A DNA stretch of 64,000 nt, taken from Bacteroidota bacterium (lineage in GTDB: Bacteria; Bacteroidota; Ignavibacteria; UBA10030; UBA8401). The stretch covers positions 244-64,243 of the forward strand of contig JBFMFY010000001.1 of NCBI GenBank assembly GCA_040751955.1. The letters run 5' to 3'. How positions within the stretch are numbered: position 1 is the stretch's first letter; each line of letters opens with the position of its first letter. The position numbers and the translations under genes are program-made. Under the pieces are notes generated by a model. The model did not search any database, was not told the origin of the DNA, and saw only the letters and a program-made list of their open reading frames with translations. Shown here one piece after another: positions 56,901 to 64,000 of this stretch.

Positions 56901-57518
56901 AAAAATATCACAGATGATACAGCTAGAGCAAAGTTGCCATTTAGGGTGATTGTTAAAGAAGATCAAAATGGGAACAAAAAATGGGATATTTCAGAGGCAA
57001 TAGTCTTTTTAACGCCGGCTCCTTACGGTTCCGGTACAAACACCCATGCTGAAGTTCGATTTGAGTTTGCTGATACAGCAAGTAAATCTTTTGGCGGCGA
57101 AGTGTTTAATTTATTGACGGAGCAACCGTTTACATCCGTGGATAAATTCACGTTTACGACCCGTGCTGCGCAATATAATCCAACTGATGCAGCCACATCT
57201 CTTGATAAAATTAAAGTCGTTCCTAATCCGTACGTCGCGGTCAATGAGATTGAACCGACAGACCGATTACCCGGGACGACACGTGGAAGCCGGAGAATTT
57301 ATTTTGAGCATCTTCCACCGCAATGCACGATCCGCATCTATACAATAGCAGGAGAGTTGGTGAAAGAGATTCATCATGCAACAGGGATAGACAACGGACG
57401 TGAATACTGGGATCTGTTGAACAGAGACAATCTCGGCGTTGCATACGGTGTTTACATCGCACATATAGATGCTCCCGGCGTCGGCGAACGGATATTGAAA
57501 TTTGCGCTCATTAAATAG
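53931..57518 (+). CDS. Giant secreted protein of unknown function: DxDxDG Ca-binding-like repeats, FN3-like domain, divergent T9SS-like CTD (module 1 partner)
   Basis: Start moved to the ATG at 53931 (signal peptide MKKICTLIVLGSSLAVSQW). DNDGDGLINES, DDDGDWRVASDDVGIDGV. FN3-like PPDKPTVYAVPGDRRVTLYWDD..DFEGYVIYRS...YYYAVVAYDHGD. C-terminus VVPNPYVAVNE...IRIYTIAGELVKE...YWDLLNRD..GVYIAHI..KFALIK. Confidence 0.8.
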   Translation: MKKICTLIVLGSSLAVSQWSQEQRNEQEQIARAIQQASLTQPRSTSRLENRAKDFGSVPMWKSASQADRKYFLMNGNQIVGNIYNYGGIAPGDGLTRHVNNMVWRGLGDIYQFGPLVAAEVIDTSGKKVQISSDGINDSYARDFNPANNTILYSWQPLPEYADPASPVMASSGAGDISPQDGKPDSWPRQWYNPSKGEYVWPGYLRQDVPNADLEVLWGMDDRENDEFAYFPFGYDTIDATINKPIRGLGVKIEGRALQWSNALAQNTIFFVYTAQNFSTRDLSDVHFGMYGDIDVGGGSPENQDDLGFFISPLDTVIRGTTIPIPLYSRNLVYLWDNPPGIGELGLKTHYTGCKFLESPGNPNDAKDNDGDGLINESQTNLIDDDGDWRVASDDVGIDGVPETNDLGEKDGMPTHGVKLADGTVDPLRPGEPNYELTDLDESDQIGLTSFRSWRWTERRLRDDDQTWNILDSGFVDNSIPNYSDVIFLYGSGRIRLNKSGTDGSIKRFSIALLMGADLNDLLTSAQTVQLIYNQNYQFYRPPDKPTVYAVPGDRRVTLYWDDIAESSVDPVAGKDFEGYVIYRSTDPQFSDINTVTDGKGTPTLYEALKNGVGTEARFDIAFRNEPFTDINANGKFESGEPYNDVNLNGRWDASIEDYWKGYSPVPYGNRGVQYYLGDNTGLVHMYVDSNNVINGQTYYYAVVAYDHGDSTKVPPTETTKRINIDPITSQLVFDVNTVRVVPGPRASGYIPPKFTSVNGVDHTVGTGTGKVTAVFIDDLAVKDNISYTVMFSDTLRTGNQKTATLNYSVLKVTPTESEVTLLDTNNVKIGNAHILKDDIFRVTHAATGQSYIDNVDFVIDTALGYIRKTINGAMAGSKGPYKIRYRYLAQPPSTLLNNEEANPVFDGIKIFTENKLLAVSLTKSNWLIHNKKLNFRIFPPSIGTLKLAPIDFQIQLKSSDTLANGMYAQPGDTAYNIFLQKVVQTPFIFKNITDDTARAKLPFRVIVKEDQNGNKKWDISEAIVFLTPAPYGSGTNTHAEVRFEFADTASKSFGGEVFNLLTEQPFTSVDKFTFTTRAAQYNPTDAATSLDKIKVVPNPYVAVNEIEPTDRLPGTTRGSRRIYFEHLPPQCTIRIYTIAGELVKEIHHATGIDNGREYWDLLNRDNLGVAYGVYIAHIDAPGVGERILKFALIK

Positions 57519-57528
57519 AGTGACTGCC

Positions 57529-58545
57529 ATGAACAAAATATTCTTTATTGCTTCTATCATTATCGCTTGCACTTCCGTCGCGTTGGCACAACAAGCATCC
57601 ATAACCAAAACGGGAACGACGGCTGCGCCATTTTTGAAGATCGGTGTCGGTGCGCGGTCGATTGGAATGGGGGGAGCGTATGCTGCTGTTGCCAACGATC
57701 TTTCAGCCATGTACTGGAATCCTGCGGGTCTCTCGCGGTTGACCACAAATGAAGCGGCATTCAACCACATTGATTGGATCGCTGATATTAAATTTGATAT
57801 GGCGGCAACCTCAATACTCATTAATGAAGTCGGCACCATCGGCGCAAGTTTCACTACATTAAATCTTGGCGAAATGGAGGTGACGACCACCGGTGAGCCG
57901 GAAGGAACAGGGGAGCGGTTTTCTGCCGGAGCAACAATGATCAATCTTTCGTACGCCAGAAATCTTTCGTACAAATTTTCGATCGGATTTAATGTGAAGT
58001 ACATCAGCGAATCCATTTGGAACATGCGTGCACAATCCGTTGCGCTTGATTTTGGAACGTTATACACTGCCGATATTCTGAACGGTGTTAACCTTGGTGC
58101 AAGCATGTCAAACTTCGGACCGAAGATGCGTTTAGAAGGACGCGACAATTTGGTGCTCATTAATACAGGTGCCGGAGGAAAAAATATAATTAACGGAGAG
58201 TATGAACTCGACAGTTACGATCTTCCTTTGATCTTTCGAGTAGGTGTCTCGACCGATCTTATGCGATCGGAAAATAACAGAGTAACAGTCGCTGTTGATG
58301 CGGTTCATCCAAACGACAATACCGAATATGTGAACTCGGGTATTGAATATTCATGGGGAAGTATTGTTGCGCTCAGAGGAGGATGGAAATCAGCGTATGA
58401 ACGAGGTGGAGAACAAGGACTGACACTTGGAGCTGGTATTCACTACATATTGGCAGCGCCGGTCGATTTTTTGTTTGATTATGCCTACCAGGATTTCGGA
58501 AGGTTGAAAGAAGTCCATTATTTCAGTTTTGGTCTTCGGTTTTAA
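57529..58545 (+). CDS. porV: PorV/PorQ-family outer membrane beta-barrel (T9SS shuttle-type protein)
   Basis: Start moved to the ATG at 57529 (signal peptide MNKIFFIASIIIACTSVALAQQ). Hallmark GTTAAPFLKIGVGARSIGMGGAYAAVANDLSAMYWNPAGLS. C-terminal ..YFSFGLRF. Confidence 0.7.
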   Translation: MNKIFFIASIIIACTSVALAQQASITKTGTTAAPFLKIGVGARSIGMGGAYAAVANDLSAMYWNPAGLSRLTTNEAAFNHIDWIADIKFDMAATSILINEVGTIGASFTTLNLGEMEVTTTGEPEGTGERFSAGATMINLSYARNLSYKFSIGFNVKYISESIWNMRAQSVALDFGTLYTADILNGVNLGASMSNFGPKMRLEGRDNLVLINTGAGGKNIINGEYELDSYDLPLIFRVGVSTDLMRSENNRVTVAVDAVHPNDNTEYVNSGIEYSWGSIVALRGGWKSAYERGGEQGLTLGAGIHYILAAPVDFLFDYAYQDFGRLKEVHYFSFGLRF

Positions 58546-58559
58546 TCAGAGGTCCCGTA

Positions 58560-58588
58560 TTGATTCATCGGACAGCTTTTTCTATATT
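58560..58588 (+). promoter_or_regulatory. Near-consensus sigma70-type promoter for receptor module 2
   Basis: TTGATT (58560-58565), 17-nt spacer, TATATT (58583-58588), 48 nt upstream of the ATG at 58637. Confidence 0.5.
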
Positions 58589-58636
58589 TCTCTACACCAA
58601 TCACATCCACCACTAATTTAGAACGGATCAGATTCC

Positions 58637-61618
58637 ATGATCAAACGCTACTCTGTTCTTTATGCAACACTCTGCATCCTCATCTCCATCACTCACCTCA
58701 TAGCAGGAACCACCGGAAAGATTTCGGGAAAAGTTACGGATTCAAAAACCGGAGAAGGAATTCCATCTGCGATAGTAACAGTGATTGGCACAGCGTTAGG
58801 TGCAGCGACGGATGCAAGCGGCAACTATGTTATAGTCAACGTTCCTCCGGGTACATATTCCGTGTCTGTCAGTTATATCGGGTACCAACCGACACGCGTG
58901 AATAACGTTGGTGTGAATGTGGACTACACAACGACACTCAATATTCAACTTCGGGAATCAGCGGTTGAACTGGGTGAATTTGTAGTTGAAGGTGAGCGGA
59001 ATCCGTTGATCCGTCAGGATCAGACGAACCCGGTAGTTGCCGTGACATCGGAGAACATTCAAACTTTGCCGGTGACAAGTATCAGTGAAGTAGTCGGTCT
59101 TCAAGCAGGGGTAGTAACATCAGATGATGGGCTGTTACATATTCGAGGCGGGAGGTCGAACGAAATTGCGTACACGTTAAATGGTATTTCTGTCAATAAT
59201 CCGTATGATAATTTCAGTTCTGTGGGTGTTGCAACGAACGCAGTGCAAGAGGTGACTGTATCCACAGGAACATTCAGCGCAGAGTATGGCAATGCGTTAA
59301 GCGGTGTTGTAAATTATGTCACGAAAGAGGGAGGACAGCGTGCGTCTGGCAGTGTGCGATTGCTGACAGGAGATTACTATACAAAAAACAATGTCGTATT
59401 TCCTCACCTTAATAAGTATCAACCGTTTAATACATCACGGGCAGAGCTGACATTGGGAGGTCCGCTCGTTCTTGATGACCTTTCATTTTATGTTTCAGGA
59501 GTTTTTGACAGGAATAACGGATATCTCTACGGTAACAGGATATACCGCCCAACCGATATGTCGATTCAACCATCAGAATTTATTAAGACACTGCCTATTC
59601 TCGATTCACTTGGGAATCCATATTCGGATCCGAATACACCGGGTCAATATATTTACACAGAAGATTGGCGTCTCGATTCAAGGACAAATGCTCCATATTA
59701 CTTCAATCCCCTCGGCGGATCGATGAAGTATGCAGAAGCGTACATCCGGAACTCTAACAATCAAATAGAGAAAGTCCGTATCCAATATCCTGACACAACC
59801 GGACTGCCGACAGGTGACAGTGCATTAATTCCACTGAACACAAGTCGATCCTATAATATCCAAGGAAACATATCATACCGCATTTCATCAACGATGAAAT
59901 TAAAGTATGAAGCGGTGTATGACAATAGTGAAAGCAAGGATGCGTTTTACTATTCATACCGATACAACCCCGATGGGCGTCCCACAAATTATAGCAACGG
60001 TCTTGTTCAAACTATAGATTGGACTCACACACTGAGCAACGCAGCCTTCTATACCCTGAAGGTCTCACTGACGGATTCGGAAGACAAAACATATGCATTT
60101 GAAAATATTAACGATCCCCATTATCTGCCTTCGTTTTATCAAACGACACTTGTCAATACGAGTTTTCTGACCGGTGGTGTGTCATTGGGTCGAACATTTA
60201 GGTCAACAAAATCGTTAGGGGCAAAGGTGGATATTCAAGCGCAGATGTTTGGGAATCACGAAATTAAACTGGGGGGCGAACTTCGCCGTCATACGATCGA
60301 CTTTGAATCATATACGCTTCAATTTTACAATGTCAATAAGCCGAGTGAGATCATCGATGATTTCCAGGACGTATATCGTGACAGTGTAAAATATGCAGCA
60401 CAGATACCGGGTGTGGAAGGCGGATATACAAAGTATTCACGCACACCAGTCCAGCTGTCGCTATACATCCAAGATAAAATCGAGCTTGAAAAGTCATTCA
60501 TTCTAAACGCAGGGTTGCGGTACGAATATTTTGACCCGAGTGCGCGGTTTAATCCAAATCTCAGTGACGAGTATTCAAATCTCGGAGTTATTTTTGTTAC
60601 AAAAGGGTTGAAACCTGCAACAATCAAACATACTGTCAGCCCGCGAATCAGTATGGCGTATCCGATCACCGATCAGGGGGTCATCCGGTTTTCGTACGGA
60701 CATTTTTATCAATTGGGCAATCTGTCGCAGTTGTACAGGAATCCGAACTTCCGAGCAACCGGAACACCGACGTTTGGCAATGCCGATGTCCGTCCTCAAA
60801 GAAGTGTTCAATATGAAGTCGGCTTAATGCAAGGGCTCACCGCAGATCTCCGTTTGGAGGTTGTTGCATTTTACAAAGATGTGCGTGATTATCTTTACAG
60901 CCAAACTGTGAAAGCTGGAAAAGGTGATATTGAATATGTGATTCTTACAAATCTTGATTACGCAAACTCGCGTGGAATTACTCTTTCTCTGTTCCAACGC
61001 CGTACTCCCGGCAGTATGTTCTCGTCATCCGTAGATTATACGTTTGCGGTTGCGGAGGGGAACCGCACGGAACCGATCGACGAACTGTTCTTTAACGAAC
61101 TGTCAAAGAAATCGACCGAAACATTTCTTGTCCCGCTTGATTTTGACCGCTCGCATACATTAAACACGACATTGAACCTGACACAACCGGACGATTTCAG
61201 CATTAGTTCAACGATACGCCTGCAAACAGGATCACCGTACACACCAAGTGTACCCGCAAACTTATCGACATTGATTTCACGTTTTATTCAAAATAGCTCC
61301 GCAAAGCCGTTTCAGTGGTCGGTGGATTTGAAGGTTGAGAAGTATTTTACCATAGGAGAGTTGAAATATTCTGTCTTTGCTCTTGTTGACAATCTGTTCA
61401 ATACCGAGAATGAGATTGCAGTATATTCTACGAGCGGAAGAGCGTTGTATAACGCCAATCAAATAGCCGATCCGACCGCATTTCAGGATATTCGTTCACG
61501 GATTACGCGCGGTGATCAGGGATTGATACCGCTCTCGGCGATTGATAATTATTACGCTAATCCGCAGAATCTAAGTCGTCCGCGCCTAATTCGCTTTGGT
61601 CTCTCATTATTGTTCTGA
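58637..61618 (+). CDS. TonB-dependent-receptor-like outer membrane protein, module 2 (paralog of 51236-53899)
   Basis: AGTTGKISGKVTDSKTGEGIPSAIV..., LHIRGGRSNEIAYTLNGISVNNPY, DVRPQRSVQYEVG, C-terminal ..FGLSLLF. Collinear with module 1 at the protein level. Confidence 0.88.
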   Translation: MIKRYSVLYATLCILISITHLIAGTTGKISGKVTDSKTGEGIPSAIVTVIGTALGAATDASGNYVIVNVPPGTYSVSVSYIGYQPTRVNNVGVNVDYTTTLNIQLRESAVELGEFVVEGERNPLIRQDQTNPVVAVTSENIQTLPVTSISEVVGLQAGVVTSDDGLLHIRGGRSNEIAYTLNGISVNNPYDNFSSVGVATNAVQEVTVSTGTFSAEYGNALSGVVNYVTKEGGQRASGSVRLLTGDYYTKNNVVFPHLNKYQPFNTSRAELTLGGPLVLDDLSFYVSGVFDRNNGYLYGNRIYRPTDMSIQPSEFIKTLPILDSLGNPYSDPNTPGQYIYTEDWRLDSRTNAPYYFNPLGGSMKYAEAYIRNSNNQIEKVRIQYPDTTGLPTGDSALIPLNTSRSYNIQGNISYRISSTMKLKYEAVYDNSESKDAFYYSYRYNPDGRPTNYSNGLVQTIDWTHTLSNAAFYTLKVSLTDSEDKTYAFENINDPHYLPSFYQTTLVNTSFLTGGVSLGRTFRSTKSLGAKVDIQAQMFGNHEIKLGGELRRHTIDFESYTLQFYNVNKPSEIIDDFQDVYRDSVKYAAQIPGVEGGYTKYSRTPVQLSLYIQDKIELEKSFILNAGLRYEYFDPSARFNPNLSDEYSNLGVIFVTKGLKPATIKHTVSPRISMAYPITDQGVIRFSYGHFYQLGNLSQLYRNPNFRATGTPTFGNADVRPQRSVQYEVGLMQGLTADLRLEVVAFYKDVRDYLYSQTVKAGKGDIEYVILTNLDYANSRGITLSLFQRRTPGSMFSSSVDYTFAVAEGNRTEPIDELFFNELSKKSTETFLVPLDFDRSHTLNTTLNLTQPDDFSISSTIRLQTGSPYTPSVPANLSTLISRFIQNSSAKPFQWSVDLKVEKYFTIGELKYSVFALVDNLFNTENEIAVYSTSGRALYNANQIADPTAFQDIRSRITRGDQGLIPLSAIDNYYANPQNLSRPRLIRFGLSLLF

Positions 61619-61655
61619 CAAGTCAACGTTCGATTTGAATTAAGGAATTCACTTT

Positions 61656-64000
61656 ATGAAAAAATGTGTCGTAATATTTTTAATCGTGTTTCTTTCATTC
61701 GCGCAGGCGCAAAAAGAAAAACCGGATTTTCTTTCTATTGATGTCAAGTACTTGACGAAAGATCAATTACGTAGATACCAGGAATGGCGTGAGGAACAAT
61801 TTCGTATGCTCAAAGCGGCAGGCGATATCAACGAGGTAAAAAGTCTCATTATTCAAGGGAATAAAATTCGCTCGATTATCTATAATACAGGGGCGATTAG
61901 TAATCCGGGCGTTACAGGAAATGTGCTCGATCTTGTATGGAACGGTTTGGGTTATGGTTATGAATTCGGTCCTTTGGCGGGTGCCCGCGTTCCTCGCCCT
62001 CTCAATCCTTCCGATTCAGTCGATATTGTGATCGATGGATTTGGCGGCGCAAGCAGAAGAACCGATGACGGTGATTTCTCCGCCGATGGGGTCACGAAAT
62101 GGGGATGGCTTCCTGTTCCCGGGTATTCTGCCCCGGGCCAAAAAGATATTGCAAGTTGGGGATCTCGTACCTCTGATCTTCGAATTCGTCCTAAATCGTG
62201 GCCAGAAAGTTGGTATAATGAAATCCTCGGCGAATACGTTTACCCCTCATTCTTGGGAGGGAACTCAACCGTGCCGGATGAGGAAGTTTATTACATTGTT
62301 GACGATTCGACCGATGTCGAATTCGATTATCGTCCCATCGCAAGCGAACCGAATCACGGCGGACTTGGTCTCGACCTTGAAGTGAGGACAATGCAGTTTG
62401 CAAACCCCCTTGCCGAAGATATTATTTTCCTTGTCTATACCGCAGAAATGGATCTTCGCGCCAAAAAAATTGATCGTGTCTTTTTCGGTATGTTCGGCGA
62501 TCCGCATATCGGCGGTCCGAATAACTTTGGTGATGATGCTGCATCGTTCATTCCCGGAAAAGCGATCGGCTTACCTGCGTTTGATAACCTGCTAGAAGTT
62601 GACGGAAGAATAGTGACTCAACGCGCAAGGAATATGGTGTACAGTTGGGACCCTGACGGTAAAAGCGACCTTGCTGCTTATACACCCGGATATTTTGGAT
62701 ATAAATTTCTTGAAAGTCCAAACAACAGTGTTGATGGTATTGATAATGATGATGACGGCATAGTTGATGAAAGTCCATTCGGCGGCAAGGGAGTCTTTGT
62801 TGACGGAATTAGTCTCCCCCTGACAACCGGCATAGCTGATGTTGCAAAATACACAGCGCTCTACGGGATACCGAAACCGAGATGGGGTGGAGATGAAGAT
62901 GGCGATTGGAATAAGGAAAATGACGATGTGGGTGTGGATGGTATTGGAGGAACAAATGATTATGGAGAAGCGGACGGATTTCCATCGCAGGCATTTTACC
63001 TTGATGCCAACAGCAATGGGAAATATGATCGTGGTGAATTGTTGGATACACTTCAGAAACCGGGATGGGGATGGGCTGGATCTGAACCGAATTTCGGCTT
63101 TCGAGATGTGAACGAATCAGATCAAATCGGACTGCGAAGTTTCTGGTCGTTGAGATATGGGAATCCCAATCGGCCGAAAAACGACCAGTTGATGTACTCG
63201 TCAATGTCATCGGATATGGATACGGCGGCTTTGGCACTGTTATATCCCTATGCCCCTGAAGAAAACAAGACAGGTGATTTCATCTTTCTCTACGGTACGG
63301 GACCTTTTCCGATGGAACCGGGGCATCGAGAGCGCTTTTCGATAGCATTGTTGATGGGGGATGATCTGCGCGATTTATTGTTAAATTCGGAAACTGCGCA
63401 ATTGATTCTCGAGGCGAGTTATCGGTTTGCCCAACCGCCTCCCAAACCAAAAGTGACCGCCGTAGCAGGAAATGGAAGAGTAACACTCTATTGGGATAAC
63501 AATCCCGAAGATACACGTGATCCGTTCACCGGAAAACAGGATTTTGAGGGGTATAAAATCTACAGAAGTCAGGATTATACATTCAAAGATGTTTTCACCA
63601 TTACCGATGGTAATGGATATCCTTTCCTTGGAAAAGCTTTGTTCGACGATAAGGCGAGAAAAACCGCACAGTGGCATCGTCCCTGGACACAGGCAGAGAA
63701 GGACAAATATACCGGTGGATTTCATCCAATCGAATACCGCGGACGATTTATCAGATACTATATGGGTGAACCGGAAGATTCATCGGGTCTCAGGCACGAG
63801 TATGTTGACTCGACGGTAACCAATGGCATCACTTATTATTATGCAGTCGTTTCATTTGATCATGGCGATGATAGCCTGCAACTACCTCCCTCGGAATCCC
63901 AATCGATCATTCTGCGAGATCCGATCACACAGATATTTAAGTTCGACGTGAACACCGTTGCGGTAACGCCAAACGATAAGGCGGAGGGAACTATTAGTCC
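61656..64000 (+). CDS. Giant secreted protein, module 2 partner (paralog of 53931-57518); 3' end outside the window
   Basis: Absent from the ORF track. Hand translation from the ATG at 61656 (MKKCVVIFLIVFLSFAQAQ...) finds no stop through base 64000. It shares long blocks with the module-1 giant (FGMFGDPHIGG, YKFLESPNNSVDGIDNDDDGIVDES, NESDQIGLRSF, RFSIALLMGDDLRDLL, PKPKVTAVAGNGRVTLYWDN..DFEGYKIYRS, YYYAVVSFDHGD). Confidence 0.85.
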   Translation, partial: MKKCVVIFLIVFLSFAQAQKEKPDFLSIDVKYLTKDQLRRYQEWREEQFRMLKAAGDINEVKSLIIQGNKIRSIIYNTGAISNPGVTGNVLDLVWNGLGYGYEFGPLAGARVPRPLNPSDSVDIVIDGFGGASRRTDDGDFSADGVTKWGWLPVPGYSAPGQKDIASWGSRTSDLRIRPKSWPESWYNEILGEYVYPSFLGGNSTVPDEEVYYIVDDSTDVEFDYRPIASEPNHGGLGLDLEVRTMQFANPLAEDIIFLVYTAEMDLRAKKIDRVFFGMFGDPHIGGPNNFGDDAASFIPGKAIGLPAFDNLLEVDGRIVTQRARNMVYSWDPDGKSDLAAYTPGYFGYKFLESPNNSVDGIDNDDDGIVDESPFGGKGVFVDGISLPLTTGIADVAKYTALYGIPKPRWGGDEDGDWNKENDDVGVDGIGGTNDYGEADGFPSQAFYLDANSNGKYDRGELLDTLQKPGWGWAGSEPNFGFRDVNESDQIGLRSFWSLRYGNPNRPKNDQLMYSSMSSDMDTAALALLYPYAPEENKTGDFIFLYGTGPFPMEPGHRERFSIALLMGDDLRDLLLNSETAQLILEASYRFAQPPPKPKVTAVAGNGRVTLYWDNNPEDTRDPFTGKQDFEGYKIYRSQDYTFKDVFTITDGNGYPFLGKALFDDKARKTAQWHRPWTQAEKDKYTGGFHPIEYRGRFIRYYMGEPEDSSGLRHEYVDSTVTNGITYYYAVVSFDHGDDSLQLPPSESQSIILRDPITQIFKFDVNTVAVTPNDKAEGTIS

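Noticed and set aside
53931-57518. The idea that the giant protein upstream of porV is the T9SS sortase PorU (porU-porV are adjacent in Porphyromonas and Flavobacterium)
   Set aside because: I could not find a gingipain/C25-like His...Cys catalytic context. The protein has a close paralog downstream paired with a second receptor, which does not fit a single-copy sortase. This needs an HMM check and is not excluded with certainty.
57267-58160. 297-aa reverse-strand ORF
   Set aside because: It lies entirely antisense to the giant-protein CTD and the PorV-type gene, which both have strong family motifs. Its sequence is low-complexity with no recognisable motif, so it is a shadow ORF.
62035-63819. 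Ten short track ORFs on both strands (62035-62385, 62191-62403, 62265-62507, 62398-62595, 62548-62778, 62809-63237, 62839-63111, 63280-63516, 63381-63725, 63517-63819)
   Set aside because: All lie inside the long frame-3 ORF that starts at 61656 and is paralogous to a neighbouring gene, so they are shadow ORFs.

Overview
This is a 64-kb chromosomal window from a Gram-negative bacterium. It probably belongs to the Fibrobacteres-Chlorobi-Bacteroidetes (FCB) group and looks Ignavibacteria-like. That placement is an inference from five proteins ending in the same T9SS C-terminal sorting domain (..QNYPNPFNP....KKMxLLK), a PorV-type gene and CarboxypepD_reg-type TonB receptors. I support about 45 CDS and one tRNA-Arg(CCT). 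I found no rRNA, CRISPR array, transposase, integrase or phage genes. Housekeeping genes (proS, dnaE, trxA, yciH, hrpB, gltX, folB, folK, nadA, asnS, a PiT/DUF47 phosphate pair) are interspersed with envelope and secretion loci. Four things stand out. (1) At 51.1-64.0 kb there is a tandem duplication of a two-gene module. Each module is a TonB-dependent-receptor-like barrel followed by a ~1200-aa secreted protein with Ca-binding-like DxDxDG runs and an FN3-like domain. A PorV-type gene sits between the copies. The second giant gene is missing from the ORF track because it runs off the window. (2) At 0.85-10.9 kb there is a tightly coupled five-gene operon: TPR protein, DUF4159-like protein, transglycosylase-like/amidase_2 fusion, TolB-like propeller and amidase_3. 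Both peptidoglycan hydrolases carry T9SS export domains. (3) Pairs of low-complexity word repeats bracket single genes (aldehyde dehydrogenase, yciH, dinB-family) and sit directly against start codons. (4) REP-like nested palindromes cluster upstream of hrpB. All family calls rest on motif recognition by eye; no HMM or BLAST search was possible.
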